Made by a program: the position numbers and the translations under genes
NCBI GenBank assembly: GCA_964016885.1
Contig: OZ024743.1
Location: 329,654,001-329,718,000 of the forward strand
Length of the DNA: 64,000 bases
DNA from: Eledone cirrhosa
Taxonomy: Eukaryota
Reading direction: 5' to 3'
Notes under the pieces: model-generated
The model's input: the letters and a program-made list of their open reading frames with translations, nothing else
Told to the model about the DNA's origin: nothing
Databases searched by the model: none
Part shown: positions 43,601-55,280 of the stretch, one piece after another
Layout: each line of letters begins with the position of its first letter
How positions within the stretch are numbered: the first letter of the stretch is position 1

Positions 43601-44228
43601 CCCAGCGTGGAGACGTTTGAAGGGCATAGACCGAGGTTATGCCAGCGTGGAGACGTTTGAAGGGCATAGACCGAGCTTATCCCAGCGTGGAGACGTTTGA
43701 AGGGCATAGACCGAGGTTATCCCAGCGTGGAGAGGTTTGAAGGGCATAGGCCGAGGTTATCCCAGCGTGGAGATGTTTGATGGGCATAGAGTGAGGTTAT
43801 CCCAGCGTGGAGACGTTTGATGGGCATAGACCGAGCTTATCCCAGCGTGGAGACGTTTGAAGGGCATAGACCGAGGGCATCCCAGCGTGGAGACGTTTGA
43901 AGGGCATAGACCGAGGTTATCCCAGCGTGGAGACGTTTGAAGGGCATAGACCGAGCTTATCCCAGCGTGGAGACGTTTGAAGGGCATAGACCGAGGGCAT
44001 CCCAGCGTGGAGACGTTTGAAGGGCATAGACCGAGGTTATCCCAGCGTGGAGACGTTTGAAGGGCATAGACCGAGCTTATCCCAGCGTGGAGATGTTTGA
44101 TGGGCATAGAGTGAGGTTATCCCAGCGTGGAGACGTTTGATGGGCATAGAGTGAGGTTATCCCAGCGTGGAGACGTTTGTGTGGCACAAACCGGTGGTTA
44201 GCAAGTATCCGAGGGTGGCGACGTTTGT
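28621..44228. repeat. Satellite B, 40-bp unit CCCAGCGTGGAGACGTTTGAAGGGCATAGACCGAG(C/G)TTAT, about 390 copies
   Basis: Tandem 40-bp period throughout, some 39-bp units, degenerate monomers at both edges. Confidence 0.99.
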
Positions 44229-44372
44229 GAAACGCTCATTGAGTGATTGGTAAATATCAGTTTAATGTGGGAAACCCAACCACAGGAGCGGGGAAAACCC
44301 TCAACAAGGGTTATTATCCAAGCAAAGACTTGAAATGAAACATACCAAAGCTCTAGGAGGTAATTTGAAATT

Positions 44373-44457
44373 TCACACACAGACACACACACTACTCAAG
44401 GTGATGGCTATGTGAAAGAGTTTTCGCACACACACAGACACACACACACACACACAC
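44373..44457. repeat. Interrupted (CA)n microsatellite
   Basis: Two CA runs visible. Confidence 0.9.
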
Positions 44458-45138
44458 CACATATATGAGGAACACACAAACTCAAATTTTCCCGCATCAC
44501 AGGAGAGCAAGAGTGCTCTCTTTATCTCCTTTTACTCCTCTCTATCCCCACTTCTCAGGTACCCTCTATTAGATTCTCTTCCATCTCCCTCGTGTCTTTT
44601 CTTCTCTAAGATTGCCAATGAAATGCTGCACCTTTCATCTTCTTAATCTATTCACCTGTCATCTTTCGCCTTTCTATTTATCAAGCTAGTTGTCCCTCTT
44701 GTCCACTTTCTCCTAATCTGTCATTGAAATTGTCATCCAAGCTAATATCTAATCTAGTGTGACTGACTTTATCGTTACATCCAAGCTACTTGTATGTAGG
44801 TAAATAGATTTAGCAGTTTAAGGATGGATGTCAGGATGTCTAGCGTTTGTTTAAATAGTTGTTTCTAGAATATCAAATAAACGCAAGTAAAACAGGATTG
44901 CTATATCCAGTTTATAAAACTGCTGAAGTGAGAACGGGATTGTAATAATTCATCCATGACGCAACGCTAACTTTATTTTTTTAGTTTAGTTTATTTATGG
45001 TTTTCAAAAGAGGCTTCAGAATTTTTTGTTTCGAATTTCGGAGGTTCTTGTTGAGTAAAAAAAGAAGTAAATAAATAAAAAAGATGAATAAAAATTTCCA
45101 AATTTATTTTTTTGATTCTGCCATTTTTATTTATAACA

Positions 45139-45395
45139 TACTCTCGGATCTGGAATAATCGCCCCCATCCCTATTAATTTTTCAGATTTTTTCCAAACCC
45201 CTGCTTATTAAATCTTTATAATCTATCTCCGGCAAAATTTTATTTTATGTGGTAGCATTCCTGGGGCAAATAATTTTCTTTAGACATTAAAAACATTATA
45301 CATGACAAAAAAGTACATTACTAGAGATCTCATATGTTATAAAATAAATAGGATGGGATGGGGTCTCAATATGTAAACTAAACGACTAATTCTGT
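45139..45395. mobile_element. Interspersed repeat, possibly a DNA-transposon/MITE fragment (copy 1)
   Basis: 45222-45395 aligns with 60432-60605 (shared TCTCAATATGTAAACTAAACGACTAATTCTGT); class is inferred only. Confidence 0.55.
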
Positions 45396-45770
45396 AAGTA
45401 ACCAGAATGAAATATATATATATAATAGTGTAGAGTTCTGTTAACCCCAAGGTAAACTGAGTTCGAGCGTAAAACATGACTGAATATAGACAAATCCTGG
45501 TATCGTGGTTTTGTGACATGTCTTAATTTGTTGGAAATATAGAGTAATTTCTGTTTGTATAAAGTTTATTGATGATTGCTTAAGTGCGTGCATGCATGGG
45601 CCCGTAAATCCCGTGGGAGTTATAGGGTCATTGTATTGACATATGGCGTTTCTAGGGCATCTTTTTAAACATGGCTCAGCTCATCTTCTCTCTAGGTCTG
45701 AATACAGTAGATTTCTTCCAGAGAAGACTAGAGAGTGAGAGAACAGAAGTAAGAAAGAGATATAGAAGAA

Positions 45771-45823
45771 TCGACTGGTACATTTGTATCGACCTGGAAT
45801 ACATGAAAGGCAAAGTTGACCTC
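45771..45823 (-). mobile_element. Fragment of OK-like/Nin-domain SINE
   Basis: GACTGGTAC...ATGAAAGGCAAAGTTGACCTC matches the body of the SINEs at 48600, 59433 and 60798. Confidence 0.6.
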
Positions 45824-46237
45824 AATGCTTAAGTAATTATTTAAATTATTAATATGGAAAAACATTACGATGAAACTCCCGTGATCTACGTTCACAGCGA
45901 GACTTCTGCCTTTTCTCGTGTCATCAATGATATTCAGAAAAAACCGTACGTTACATATTATCCTACAATTCCTACACTACATATAAATATTCATTTATAA
46001 GTTTCATAATTTATAATGAACACAATTACATAATTACTGTAGTTACAACGTGTCTTGTCGTTCTACCCTCCTGTCATCTTCAACTGCCTGTCGTATTCAG
46101 TAATGTTCACAGAATTTCGAACAGAATCCAATATTTAGTCACCAGGAGTAGATAACTTACATACATAGCAATTCATAGCTATAATTTTGAAAAAATAAAG
46201 AGGAAGTGACGTCCGAACAAGTATTTTCCACCTTCAA

Positions 46238-46377
46238 CTAACTTACCCTCCACCTCTGGATCCCAGCCGACAGGATGGAGAATATATTTCCCCAGATGAC
46301 GGCGAGGGAGACGCGCTGGAACAGCCACTCCACCTCGCGGGACTCGCACCAGCAGACGGTCCGATAGCAGTGAGTAA
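46238..46377 (-). mobile_element. Decayed 3' end of a CRE-like (restriction-like endonuclease) non-LTR retrotransposon ORF
   Basis: An unlisted minus frame reads ...ESREVEWLFQRVSLAVIWGNIFSILSAG, matching the recalled CRE-clade terminal motif (LFQRxSxAxxRGNxxSI); frameshifted LTAIG-RL upstream. Confidence 0.7.
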
Positions 46378-46807
46378 CAGTGTTGATATCTTGCATATCC
46401 TTGAAGCAGTTAATGTGTTATTTGCAATGTCGCTTGCTTGTTTCAAATACATCAGTTTATAATAATCATAATTCCTCACTTTAGAAATCCAGACAACTAA
46501 ATAACTGCCTACGTTATTCATACACTTATTATATTGGCTCCGCAAATTAGCACCAGTTCTCATTAATATGGCGTCATTATAACACTGGGGAATCGAGGGT
46601 AGTAATTAGACAATAACTACTTTAGAGACCTCAGATGAAATTATCAATTATTTGCGATTAGAAATACTTTCTTGAATTTCTAAAATGATTATATGCGTTG
46701 AGGCAATGAAATCTACGATTTTATCTCTATTATAGTTCCATGGCAGATTTCTTAACCTCGCTGATGAAAGCATTTCCTGGAGGATGGCTACTCTGCTAAG
46801 TAGCTTC

Positions 46808-47072
46808 GATAGAGTGAGTATCCGTCTCAAGTGACTCCGATAGAGTGGGTATCCATCTCCGGTGGCTCTGATAGAGCGGGTGTCAGTCCCAAGTGTCTCC
46901 GATAGAGCGGGTGTCAGTCCCAAGTGTCTCTGATAGAGCGGGTGTCAGTCCTAAGTGGCTCCGATAGAGCGTGTGTCAGTCCCAAATGTCTCCGATAGAG
47001 CGGGTATCAATCCCAAGTGGCTCTGATAGAGCGGGTGTCAGTCCTAAGTGGCTCTGATATTGTGAGTATCCG
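46808..47072. repeat. 31-bp minisatellite GATAGAGCGGGTGTCAGTCCCAAGTGTCTCC, about 8 copies
   Basis: Tandem copies, diverged at both edges. Confidence 0.92.
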
Positions 47073-47129
47073 ACAGTTTACTGCAGTATAACACATCTAT
47101 CACAGTGGTAATTTTTTCCTGCCATCAAA

Positions 47130-47256
47130 CCAAGTTGCTACGGATTTGACCATGGCAATCGTTCACCAGATACATCGTCTTAATCTCATTCATTCTCAGC
47201 CCCACACTCTTCGACACAGTTTCCATCTCCTGCATCAAATCATCCATCTCCTTCAC
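47130..47256 (-). mobile_element. RTE-type LINE reverse transcriptase fragment, inverted relative to the adjacent 3' part
   Basis: Peptide DDLMQEMETVSKSVGLRMNEIKTMYL resembles the post-YADD GLxxNxxKT motif of non-LTR RTs. Confidence 0.75.
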
Positions 47257-47685
47257 TGTAGTGGAGTCTGTGCTGCTGTACGGGTCTGAGACTTGGACAC
47301 TGACCAAGAAACTCACTCAGATGGTGGATGGGTGCTACACGAAAATGCTGAGGATGGCTCTGAACATTAATCAGTATACATTGAGGATGAAGAACTCAGA
47401 GCTGTACGGGAGCCTCCCAAAAGTCAGCTCGAAAGTGACACAGAGGAGATTGAGGTTAGCTTGACATGCTCACCGACATCCAGAGTTGACATTGCACTCA
47501 ATGCTCCTGTGGGAGCCCCTGTATGGACACACAAGACGGAGGTTAACATATGTTGATGCCCCAAGGACAGACACTGGTCTCTTGGAGACGCAGTACATGG
47601 CAGCGACGATGAGGGACAGAGACCGTTGGAGAGAACTCGTCCATGGTTCGCGGGAATTTTACCCGCCCTAGATCGATCGAATCGT
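47255..47685 (+). mobile_element. RTE-type LINE 3' end (pseudogenised ORF C-terminus)
   Basis: VESVLLYGSETWTLTK...LYGSLPKVS...RRLRLA*H...LLWEP...TYVD...MRDRDRWRELV is typical of RTE C-termini; in-frame stop present; short GATC-type tail. Confidence 0.88.
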
Positions 47686-48051
47686 TCACCACTCGAAACA
47701 ATTCATGTAGAAATTTTCAATTTATTTTTATTTTCTGTGCTATTTCATGAAATTTTAGAAGGAGTATCAATGGCAGTATTCATACTCCGATGCATAACTT
47801 CAACCAACGAATCTACTCAGCAATAGAATACTATGTTCTAGCACTATCGTGCAGTAAAGCACAGACCCTTTGAGAAAAAGTATCAATTGTTTGTCAGGAC
47901 AGTATCCTACTATATTATTTGATGAGTAATTTTTACCTTCTAATTTCTTGGTTTACTTTCAGATCTTAGAAGATTTTTTCAGTTGATATAATAATAATTT
48001 GTCACCGTAGGTTGCCATAGTATCCACAATGTAAGTAATTTTTAGCTTACA

Positions 48052-48298
48052 ATACGATCACAGCTCCGATACTACGGAAATATGGTCAGAATGTCCAAGG
48101 AAAGAATCACTGGACAGACCATATGGGCAGACCCGGAGAAATATGTTGGGGATAGCATCCATGAGCTCGGCTTGTCTCACTTGAGGATCCAGCGGGATCA
48201 ACTGGAGACAGTTGCTTCTGACACGGCCCCCTGAAAAACGTGTTTGAGGACTCTTCCCGCACGAACAACACAGGAAGAAGAAAAAGAATAATAATAAT
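48052..48298 (+). mobile_element. Second RTE-type (Expander/Rex3-like) LINE 3' fragment
   Basis: Frameshifted peptides IRSQLRYYGNMVRMSKER and DSIHELGLSHLRIQRDQLETVASD...LRTLPAR, followed by a (TAA)n tail. Confidence 0.7.
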
Positions 48299-48599
48299 TT
48301 AAAAAAAGAAAAAAAAGGGAGAATAGAAGAAAAGGAAGAGGGAGAAGGAGCAGTGAGAAAGGAGAATGATAAAGAGGAGAAGGAGTAGAAAAAGAAGAAA
48401 GCTTAAAAAAGCTGTAGTGACCATTTGCGACAGGATCAAGAAGGCTGGTATCAGGGAAATGGGGAGAATCAGACCAATACATGGTCTCCTACAACAAAGA
48501 GTACGTTAGTTGGAGCATGTTACAAGAATATCCGCCTATCAAATACCTTGGCCATTACAAGAATGTCAGCCTATCAACCATATTGACCACCACAATAAT

Positions 48600-48777
48600 T
48601 GTTTCTACTTTTGGCACAAGGCCAGCAATTACCCAGTGCATTACTGGTACTTTATTTTATCGACCCCGTAAGGATGAAAAGCAAAGTAAACCTCGGCGGG
48701 ATTTGAACTCCGATCGTAAAGGGACGTAACTATGCTGGAAAGCATCTCCGACCCTCTACCGAAACTGTCAATTCACC
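48600..48777 (-). mobile_element. OK-like/Nin-domain tRNA-derived SINE with target-site duplication
   Basis: Minus strand has B-box GAGTTCAAATCC and TTTGCTTTTCATCCTTACGGGGTCGATAAAATAAAGTACCAG; CACAATAAT on both sides (48591-48599, 48778-48786). Confidence 0.85.
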
Positions 48778-48780
48778 CAC

Positions 48781-51700
48781 AATAATGTCAGCCTATCAAC
48801 TACCTTGACCATCACAATAATGTCAGCCTATCAACAATACTGACCATCACGATAATGTCAGCCTATCAACAATGCTGACCATCACAATAATGTCAGCCTA
48901 TCAACAATGCTGACCATCACAATAATGTCAGCCTATCAACAATGCTGACCATCACAATAATGTCAGCCTATCAACAATGCTGACCATCACAATAATGTCA
49001 GCCTATCAACAATACTGACCATCACAATAATGTCAGCCTATCAACAATGCTGACCATCACAATAATGTCAGCCTATCAACCATACTGACCATCACAATAA
49101 TGTCAGCCTATCAACCATACTGACCATCACAAGAATGTCAGCCTATCAACAATACTGACCATCACAATAATGTCAGCCTATCAACAATGCTGACCATCAC
49201 AATAATGTCAGCCTATCAACCATACTGACCATCACAATAATGTCAGCCTATCAACAATACTGACCATCACGATAATGTCAGCCTATCAACAATACTGACC
49301 ATCACGATAATGTCAGCCTATCAACAATACTGACCATCACAATAATGTCAGCCTATCAACAATACTGACCATCACGATAATGTCAGCCTATCAACAATGC
49401 TGACCATCACAATAATGTCAGCCTATCAACAATGCTGACCATCACAATAATGTCAGCCTATCAACAATGCTGACCATCACAATAATGTCAGCCTATCAAC
49501 AATGCTGACCATCACAATAATGTCAGCCTATCAACAATACTGACCATCACAATAATGTCAGCCTATCAACAATACTGACCATCACAATAATGTCAGCCTA
49601 TCAACCATACTGACCATCACAAGAATGTCAGCCTATCAACAATACTGACCATCACAATAATGTCAGCCTATCAACAATACTGACCATCACAATAATGTCA
49701 GCCTATCAACCATACTGACCATCACAATAATGTCAGCCTATCAACTACCTTGACCATCACAATAATGTCAGCCTATCAACAATACTGACCATCACGATAA
49801 TGTCAGCCTATCAACAATGCTGACCATCACAATAATGTCAGCCTATCAACAATGCTGACCATCACAATAATGTCAGCCTATCAACAATGCTGACCATCAC
49901 AATAATGTCAGCCTATCAACAATGCTGACCATCACAATAATGTCAGCCTATCAACAATACTGACCATCACAATAATGTCAGCCTATCAACAATGCTGACC
50001 ATCACAATAATGTCAGCCTATCAACCATACTGACCATCACAATAATGTCAGCCTATCAACCATACTGACCATCACAAGAATGTCAGCCTATCAACAATAC
50101 TGACCATCACAATAATGTCAGCCTATCAACAATGCTGACCATCACAATAATGTCAGCCTATCAACCATACTGACCATCACAATAATGTCAGCCTATCAAC
50201 AATACTGACCATCACGATAATGTCAGCCTATCAACAATACTGACCATCACGATAATGTCAGCCTATCAACAATACTGACCATCACAATAATGTCAGCCTA
50301 TCAACAATACTGACCATCACGATAATGTCAGCCTATCAACAATGCTGACCATCACAATAATGTCAGCCTATCAACAATGCTGACCATCACAATAATGTCA
50401 GCCTATCAACAATGCTGACCATCACAATAATGTCAGCCTATCAACAATGCTGACCATCACAATAATGTCAGCCTATCAACAATACTGACCATCACAATAA
50501 TGTCAGCCTATCAACAATACTGACCATCACAATAATGTCAGCCTATCAACCATACTGACCATCACAAGAATGTCAGCCTATCAACAATACTGACCATCAC
50601 AATAATGTCAGCCTATCAACAATACTGACCATCACAATAATGTCAGCCTATCAACCATACTGACCATCACAATAATGTCAGCCTATCAACAATACTGACC
50701 ATCACAATAATGTCAGCCTATCAACAATACTGACCATCACAATAATGTCAACCTATCAACAATGCTGACCATCACAATAATGTCAGCCTATCAACAATGC
50801 TGACCATCACAATAATGTCAGCCTATCAACAATACTGACCATCACAATAATGTCAGCCTATCAACAATGCTGACCATCACAATAATGTCAGCCTATCAAC
50901 AATGCTGACCATCACAATAATGTCAGCCTATCAACAATGCTGACCATCACAATAATGTCAGCCTATCAACAATGCTGACCATCACAATAATGTCAGCCTA
51001 TCAACAATACTGACCATCACAATAATGTCAGCCTATTAACAATACTGACCATCACAATAATGTCAGCCTATCAACAATGCTGACCATCACAATAATGTCA
51101 GCCTATCAACAATACTGACCATCACAATAATGTCAGCCTATCAACAATACTGACCATCACAATAATGTCAGCCTATCAACAATGCTGACCATCACAATAA
51201 TGTCAGCCTATCAACAATACTGACCATCACAATAATGTCAGCCTATCAACAATACTGACCATCACAATAATGTCAGCCTATCAACAATACTGACCATCAC
51301 AATAATGTCAGCCTATCAACAATACTGACCATCACAATAATGTCAGCCTATCAACAATGCTGACCATCACAATAATGTCAGCCTATCAACAATGCTGACC
51401 ATCACAATAATGTCAGCCTATCAACAATACTGACCATCACAATAATGTCAGCCTATCAACAATACTGACCATCACAATAATGTCAGCCTATCAACAATAC
51501 TGACCATCACAATAATGTCAGCCTATCAACAATACTGACCATCACAATAATGTCAGCCTATCAACAATACTGACCATCACAATAATGTCAGCCTATCAAC
51601 AATGCTGACCATCACAATAATGTCAGCCTATCAACAATACTGACCATCACAATAATGTCAGCCTATCAACCATACTGACCATCACAATAATGTCAGCTTA

Positions 51701-51831
51701 TCAACCATACTGACCATCACAATAATGTCAGCCTATCAACAATGCTGACCATCACAATAATGTCAGCCTATCAACAATACTGACCATCACAATAATGTCA
51801 GCCTATCAACAATACTGACCATCACAATAAT
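48781..51831. repeat. Satellite C, 35-bp unit AATAATGTCAGCCTATCAACAAT(A/G)CTGACCATCAC, about 87 copies
   Basis: Clean 35-bp period; degenerate monomers continue at about 48540-48599 and 51946-52121. Confidence 0.99.
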
Positions 51832-51946
51832 TGTTTCTACTTTTGGCACAAGGCCAGCAATTACCCAGTGCATTACTGGTACTTTATTTTATCGACCCCG
51901 TAAGGATGAAAAGCAAAGTTAACCTCGGTGGGATTGAACTCAGATC
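51832..51946 (-). mobile_element. Truncated duplicate of the SINE at 48600
   Basis: Near-identical to 48600-48715, including the same internal deletion. Confidence 0.85.
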
Positions 51947-52416
51947 ACAATAATGTCAGCCTATCTACTATCTTGACCATCCCAGTTCTGTCAGTCTATT
52001 AACCACCTTGACCATCACAAGAACGCCAGCCATCAACTACCTTGACCATCACAGGAATGTCAGCTTATCACCCATACTGACCATCCCAATAATGTCAGCC
52101 TATCAACCATACTGATCATCACTCGTAGAACATAAGGGTTTCTGGCCACATCAACAGAGGTTGACATAGAAAGAAGTGATTGAGGACGTCAAGGAATCCC
52201 TTATATTACATGGCATCACGCCAGAACTGGGCATCCACTCACCACCGAACAATGGATCTTTCTTCATACGATACTTCCAAGCGGACCAGTGCGAAGATAA
52301 AATATACGAAGAGATTTTGAAGGATTGTGCTCAATATATTAATCTCATGGTTCTAGCTTGACGTTAAAAATCGTTTTTGTGTTGTTGGACCTCAGTCGGT
52401 TTCGATGATGAGTGCT

Positions 52417-52645
52417 CCAGCTTGCTTGCGAAATGAACGTGTTAGTCACTGAGTATTTCACAGACACGTGCACTCGTAACATAGTTCTCAGGGAGATTCA
52501 GCGTGACAGTCTGTGACAAACCAATCTCTTTGAATTACAGGTACAACTAATTTTTGCCAGTTGAGTCGACTGGTGCAACCTAAAATAACATGTCTTGTTC
52601 AGGCATACAATGCGTTACTGGGAAACGAACTCACAACTTTAAGAA
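52417..52645 (-). mobile_element. Degenerate tRNA-derived SINE (OR/CORE-like)
   Basis: Minus-strand GTGAGTTCGTTTCC B-box-like motif and CCTGAACAAGACAT core; body shared with 54985 and 58524. Confidence 0.7.
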
Positions 52646-53897
52646 GCCATACCCCTTTACACACACAAAAACTGATCCTAACAACTTATTCTATGTTTGT
52701 TGAAGCAATACAGATCGCTATCACAGTTAACAATCAAATTGAACAAAACTCCAAAAACATTTCGAGTTGACTTGAACAACAATTAAATAGCTATGTAACG
52801 TCAATTACAGAACGACATAATGTTTATGTAAGCAACCATCATTGGTTTACTTACATTGATAGCAATTAAAGAACTATATATTGTGTCTGCTAGAATTCTA
52901 TTACATTTAGCTGAACAACACTTCTTATCTATTTTTAACAACTATTAAAAGACAGGCGAAAGTATTTATTGCTAGTTTGTGTTAAGAACCATTACTGATT
53001 TGTGTTGAAGGCCATAACAAAACTGTTATTGATTTATATGTGACAGATATTCAGCAACGGCTATTGTAACATGATATCACATTTTATAAGTTGTTATTAT
53101 GGAATTAAATTGGCAATCAAATATTCCTAGGTGCAGCTATTAGTGAAGTGTGTTAGTAGCATTTACTGGCATATATTGACAGCCATTATAGAAGTCAAGT
53201 TAAAGACCATTGATGACTTCTGCTTTCAACAGCAACATGCTTGTTTTCATAGCTGATTCTGATATGTTTAAGGTTATTGCCCGTTTACTTTTATATTCTT
53301 CGCTTGTTCACGTTAGAAATGTTAATGGATTTAAGCTAATTAAGCCTCGTATATATATTGTTAGCCATAACCATTTTATAGCAGCATCTATGCAGAAGAT
53401 AAATGTGTAATCATGGCTACCAACCATATTTTTTCTTAATGCCGCCATTTTATATAATAAACTGATGGCATTAAGGAAAATATACTCGAAGCATAATTAT
53501 TACACCCGAACTGTAATTACCAAACAATACTGACAGAGATATCTGATTTGTATACTCAGCCATAACCTATTTCTATCGATAGACATAACTGTTTTATACC
53601 ATGAAATATCGACTGAAATACACCAGCAGCCATGAATGAACTATACAATGCAGGCAACCATTACAGAAGCATCCAAGCAATAACAATTCAATGATTCTTG
53701 AATGTATTAACTAAACTATAATCTTAGTCTTCAATGGAGTAGGCTAACATGTTGTGCTATTTCATATTAGTAAACATGAGTGAATTGTACAAGCCAACGA
53801 GACGATCTTATACAAACAATGCTGAATTTTAACGTCAAACATCACTAAATTATACCGACACACATTAAATCTATATAAACAGCTTATATACATATAC

Positions 53898-53903
<6 letters not shown>

Positions 53904-53945
<42 letters not shown>
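53904..53945. repeat. (TA)n microsatellite
   Basis: Direct. Confidence 0.95.
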
Positions 53946-53948
<3 letters not shown>

Positions 53949-54107
53949 TTTATCCCGGGTTTAATCGGGGGTAAGCACAGTAAGTAAGGTACTCAATACA
54001 AAGCAGAGTATGAATATTAATACCACCATATTACTTGGACAGCTCCTTCCTGATGATTTCTTCCGAATGAAACAGTTCTAGTCTTGTAGATGGCTTTCTA
54101 TATTAAA
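53946..54107 (+). mobile_element. Short insert between TA runs, possible Penelope-like terminal fragment with a degenerate hammerhead
   Basis: First ~28 bp shared with 61322-61350; CTGATGA at 54050 and GAAAC at 54069. Confidence 0.4.
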
Positions 54108-54356
54108 TATATATATATATATATATATAATATTTCTGAATTTATTTAGATAACGTCTCCTTGATATATATATATATAAAGGAAGCTGCTGCTTGAAACC
54201 AGGGATAATATAATGTAATCGAACGGTTTTAGTTATCAAAACTAGTGGACTTCGAACACGCCCAGGATATATCTTCTGCCCAAGGTTATGCGTCATTTAT
54301 TGTTAGCTAAACGGCTCTGTCCCAAATTGATCGTCATAAGCGGCTCCTATATGCAC

Positions 54357-54528
54357 ATTACATATACATATATACATATACATATATACATATACATATA
54401 CACACATATATATATATATATATACATACATATATATATATATATACACACACACATATATATAGATCTATACACACACACACACACATATATATATATG
54501 TATTTACATATTCATATAATGTATATAT

Positions 54529-54599
<71 letters not shown>

Positions 54600-54611
54600 T
54601 ATACACAAATA

Positions 54612-54643
<32 letters not shown>
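54357..54643. repeat. Compound (TA)n/(CA)n microsatellite
   Basis: Direct. Confidence 0.95.
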
Positions 54644-54647
<4 letters not shown>

Positions 54648-54984
54648 CTTGTGTGTATGATGTTCTGTCTAGTTAGTTAGAATTTATTATTTTCAGAATA
54701 AGCGAGGCTATACTGCCAAGAAAAAGTGATGTATGCTGACAGTTATAACTGATATATCCATGCAATATAAACTAAATTCTAATGTCTACCACAAATACAT
54801 ACACATATATATAGATACTCAAGCATATCTAACGGCCATAATATAAATAATATTGGCTGATGTAGTTAGTAAAACGAAGCCACTCTAGAGACCAGCATCC
54901 GCTAACTAAACTATAATGTCAGAAATATTTGATTTAACTAACGCAGCCATAATGCAATGGACCTCGGTCGTTTCCAACGATAAC

Positions 54985-55280
54985 AGTTCTAGTTTTTCTA
55001 TCAATTGAACAACAACCTGCTCAGGAAATTCACATATAAGTGGCTGAATCTTCTACTGGAACGTGTACGCTTAATAGAATTCTTAGAGGGATTCATTGCG
55101 TGGTATGTCTGGCCGTGTGAATTACAGGTACACTACAGTCCAACCAACGAGCTTCTAAATAATTTCTGCCGATCTGGTTTCACTGACAAAGCCTGAGTCG
55201 ACCTGAGGCTATAATAAATGACACGTGTACCAAGATGCCATGCAGTGTGACCGAACTCCGAACCTTATGATTGCGTCGTG
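54985..55280 (-). mobile_element. Degenerate tRNA-derived SINE (OR-like)
   Basis: Minus-strand head GGCTGAATGTTTAAG...GGAGTTCGGTC; homologous to 58524-58784. Confidence 0.7.

Noticed and set aside
31257-44107. Repetitive ORFs in satellite B and a KRLHAG(EK) resemblance to the C2H2 zinc-finger linker
   Set aside because: ORFs arise only where variants remove the recurring stop; the period is 40 bp, not 84, with no CxxC/HxxxH spacing and no zinc-finger sequence in the flanks
28660-44180. Satellite B as a tandem hammerhead (minus strand CAAACGTC)
   Set aside because: Neither CTGANGA nor GAAA is present in the unit
47940-48036. Splice-like signals (acceptor at 47962, GTAAGT at 48031); also a strong acceptor at about 55994
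   Set aside because: Isolated signals with no coherent coding exon; needs RNA-seq
1-51831. CRISPR-like arrays (35-47 bp repeats)
   Set aside because: No unique spacers and no cas genes; eukaryotic context
52176-52361. 61-aa ORF as an exon
   Set aside because: No recognisable domain or convincing splice sites
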